Shown here: positions 59,266 to 64,000 of the stretch, piece by piece
How the letters are laid out: each line of letters starts with the position of its first letter
How positions within the stretch are numbered: the stretch's first letter is position 1
NCBI GenBank assembly: GCA_045576095.1
Contig: JAZNFP010000055.1
Location: 8,247-72,246, forward strand
DNA: 64,000 nt
DNA from: Eubacteriales bacterium
GTDB lineage: Bacteria; Bacillota; Clostridia; Oscillospirales; CAG-272
Direction: 5' to 3'
Notes under the pieces: generated by a model
Told to the model about the DNA's origin: nothing
Database searches by the model: none
What the model saw: the letters and a program-made list of their open reading frames with translations, nothing else
Program-made: the position numbers and the translations under genes

Positions 59266-59864
59266 TTTCGTCTCTCCTCTTTTCTTTTACCGCCGCTTTT
59301 CTTCTTCCTTGCCGAAAAGCCAAAGCTCCCCAGGCGACGCCCAAGGCTGTAGTAATCCCCATGCGCGTAGGCAAGAAGATCGGCGCGCTCAACGTGCAGC
59401 TTCCCCGTCTCGTCAAAGAGACGCTCGTCTGCCGTCACGCGCAGGATATCGGCGAAAAAGACGTCGTGCGAGCCCATTTCAACAACCTCGCGCACCCGAC
59501 ATTCGATGGCAATCGGACACTCGTCGATCGTCGGTGCGCCAACCGCCACCGACGGGACCGCCGTAAAGCCGCACCGCTCAAGCTTCTTCACCTTCGCCCC
59601 CGTATACATCCCGCAAAAATCAACCTCGCGCACGTGGGATGCCGAGGGAAGATGAATGACGAACTCGCCGTGACGGACGAGCAAGGCGTGCGAATGACGC
59701 CGCTTGCGTACCGAAATATAGGTGCGCGGCGGAACGGTTGCCAAAATCCCCGTCCAAGCCACCGTCAAAACGTTTGCCCCGTCGCCCTCACCCACCGTTA
59801 CGAGCGCGGGCGGAAGCGGAGCCGTCAGGGCGCCGCCCTTCAGTTCGATTCTGCTCATGGCCAC
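59262..59864 (-). CDS. flavin reductase-like FMN-binding protein
   Basis: PPALVTVGEGDGANVLTVAWTG...GSHDVFFADI pattern of the flavin reductase family. Lys-rich tail. Confidence 0.75.
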   Translation of the reverse strand: MAMSRIELKGGALTAPLPPALVTVGEGDGANVLTVAWTGILATVPPRTYISVRKRRHSHALLVRHGEFVIHLPSASHVREVDFCGMYTGAKVKKLERCGFTAVPSVAVGAPTIDECPIAIECRVREVVEMGSHDVFFADILRVTADERLFDETGKLHVERADLLAYAHGDYYSLGRRLGSFGFSARKKKSGGKRKEERRK

Positions 59865-59999
59865 CTCCCCGCCCCTCGGCGGTCTATTATTTTACCGCTA
59901 TTATAGCACACGCGCGCCGCGCTGTCAAGCAAGCCCCCCACGGTATAAGCCTCCTCGCGCTTTGCCATCCTCCCTTCCCGAGCACCCCCCTCGCGAGAA

Positions 60000-60026
60000 T
60001 TAGCACTCTCGCTTGCCGAGTGCTAA
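60000..60026 (+). promoter_or_regulatory. CIRCE operator (HrcA binding site)
   Basis: Perfect TTAGCACTC-N9-GAGTGCTAA about 105 nt upstream of the clpB ATG. Confidence 0.85.
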
Positions 60027-60133
60027 CATTTACGGTTTGTTCACGAATTTTCAATACGACGTTCAAATATGAGGGGTACACTAAAGACGAAGGTCAAGAA
60101 AGGTCAAACGGCCTTGAAAGGAGGGTTCCGCCA

Positions 60134-62743
<2,610 letters not shown>

Positions 62744-62756
62744 AGGCACAAAAAAC

Positions 62757-62790
62757 GGGTGCTGCGCCTACGCGCAGCACCCAATTTCTT
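62757..62790 (+). terminator. terminator after clpB
   Basis: GGGTGCTGCGC-CTAC-GCGCAGCACCC followed by AATTTCTT. Confidence 0.6.
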
Positions 62791-62796
62791 CGTTTC

Positions 62797-62824
62797 CGTT
62801 CGGTTATGCCCAAAGGAAGCGGCC
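62797..62824 (+). repeat. intergenic repeat motif copy 3
   Basis: CGTTCGGTTATGCCCAAAGGAAGCGGCC. Confidence 0.6.
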
Positions 62825-63022
62825 CCGGGCTCGCTTGATTTGGAGCAGAAAGCGCCGCTTTGCGTCCCGAAGTCGTATTCACATACGTCGAGAGGGCGCA
62901 AGCGGCGATAGAAAAGAGCCCGGATGAAAGGAAGAAATCCGCAGGATTTCCACCCTTAAACACAAGCAAAAAGAAAATTTCAGAGCGGAGAAGAAGATGC
63001 TTTCCCATCAAAAGCTCCGCTC

Positions 63023-63050
63023 TTTTCGGTTGTGCCCAAAGGAAGCAGCC
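63023..63050 (+). repeat. intergenic repeat motif copy 4
   Basis: TTTTCGGTTGTGCCCAAAGGAAGCAGCC. Confidence 0.55.
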
Positions 63051-63057
63051 CGTCAGA

Positions 63058-63960
63058 TCAAGACATCAGGCGAACCATTACCGCCTTCTGTGCGTGCAGG
63101 CGGTTCTCCGCCTCCTCGAAGATCTCGTCGGCGTGCGCCTCAAGGACCTGTGCCGTGATTTCCTCTCCGCGATGCGCGGGCAGGCAGTGCAGAACCATCG
63201 CGTCGGACTTTGCCGCTGCCATAACCTCGGCGTTGACCTGGTAGCCAAGGAAGGCTCGGCGGCGCTCTGCCGCCTCATCCTCCTGTCCCATCGACGCCCA
63301 GACGTCGGTATAGACGGCGTCGGCATCGCGAGCGGCAGAAAGAACGTCCTCGGTGCAAAGGAAGTCGCCGTTCTCGCTTGCCCACCGCATCAGCTCGGCA
63401 TCGGGCTCATAGCCCTTCGGGCAGGCAACGGCAACCCTCATGCCGACCTTGATGCAGCCGGCGATCAGGGAGTTTGCCATATTGTTTCCGTCGCCGACGA
63501 AGGTCAGCTTCCGCCCCTTCAGATCCCCCTTCCGCTCGCGGATGGTCATAAGATCCGCCAGCACCTGGCAGGGATGTGCGTAATCGGTCAGGCCGTTGAT
63601 AATCGGAATCGAGCCGTACTTGGCGAGATCCTCAACCTCCGACTGTGCAAAGGTGCGGATCATAATGCCGTCAAGGTAGCGCGAGAGCACGCGCGCGGTA
63701 TCCTCAATCGGCTCGCCGCGCCCGATCTGCAGATCGCGCGGAGAGAGGAAGAGCGCCTGCCCTCCGAGCTGGTACATCCCCACCTCAAAGGAGACGCGGG
63801 TACGGGTCGAGGACTTCTGAAAGATCATGCCGAGGCTCTTGCCGGCAAGATAGGGATGCGAGATCCCGCGCTTATTTTCGTCCTTGAGCCGATCGGCAAG
63901 ATCGAGAAGATCGAGGATCTCCGCCTCGGTCAAATCGGATAGCTTTAACAGATGCTTCAT
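63058..63960 (-). CDS. argF: ornithine carbamoyltransferase
   Basis: FQKSSTRTRVSFE, HPCQ and HCLPAHRGEE motifs. Confidence 0.93.
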   Translation of the reverse strand: MKHLLKLSDLTEAEILDLLDLADRLKDENKRGISHPYLAGKSLGMIFQKSSTRTRVSFEVGMYQLGGQALFLSPRDLQIGRGEPIEDTARVLSRYLDGIMIRTFAQSEVEDLAKYGSIPIINGLTDYAHPCQVLADLMTIRERKGDLKGRKLTFVGDGNNMANSLIAGCIKVGMRVAVACPKGYEPDAELMRWASENGDFLCTEDVLSAARDADAVYTDVWASMGQEDEAAERRRAFLGYQVNAEVMAAAKSDAMVLHCLPAHRGEEITAQVLEAHADEIFEEAENRLHAQKAVMVRLMS

Positions 63961-64000
63961 ACAATCATCCTTTCGTTTCAGTCATCGGCAAGAGCCGATT

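Overview
High-GC (roughly 60%) chromosomal segment from a spore-forming Clostridia-type Firmicute. Supporting marks are the spoIIIA operon, AbrB, a CIRCE operator and Clostridial-type single-chain FGAM synthase. Most of the window is housekeeping. It holds spoIIIAA-AB-AC, abrB, pfkA, a CinA/PncC-like gene, a LysR regulator overlapping glyA, and a minus-strand tRNA cluster (Val-Asp-Phe-Gly) followed by an odd tRNA-like element. It also holds a cyclophilin, metF with a MetH-activation-domain protein and metH, and an ABC exporter pair. An AraC-controlled sugar-catabolic operon carries an FAD-oxidase/Fe-S/fused-EtfBA redox module and two decayed genes. The remainder is pyk, purE-purM-purN plus a purD-purL fusion, a complete F-type ATP synthase operon (atpZ/I-B-E-F-H-A-G-D-C), clpB behind a perfect CIRCE, and argF. 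The main accessory feature is a 14.9-kb integrative element (13164-28039) inserted in tRNA-Lys(UUU) and bounded by perfect 45-bp direct repeats. It encodes a tyrosine integrase, a Rep_trans-type rolling-circle initiator/relaxase, a polytopic-membrane P-loop ATPase, and a run of small or anchored exported proteins whose order recalls filamentous-phage gVIII-gIII-gVI-gI. It also carries an AT-rich cargo module (XRE regulator, Zn-ribbon/PD-(D/E)xK-like nuclease, tiny hydrophobic peptide) and a hairpin-dense non-coding region. I recognised no tailed-phage structural genes, CRISPR arrays or rRNA. CDS coordinates follow the supplied ORF track, with starts refined by RBS/overlap logic. Many long antisense shadow ORFs typical of high-GC DNA were ignored.
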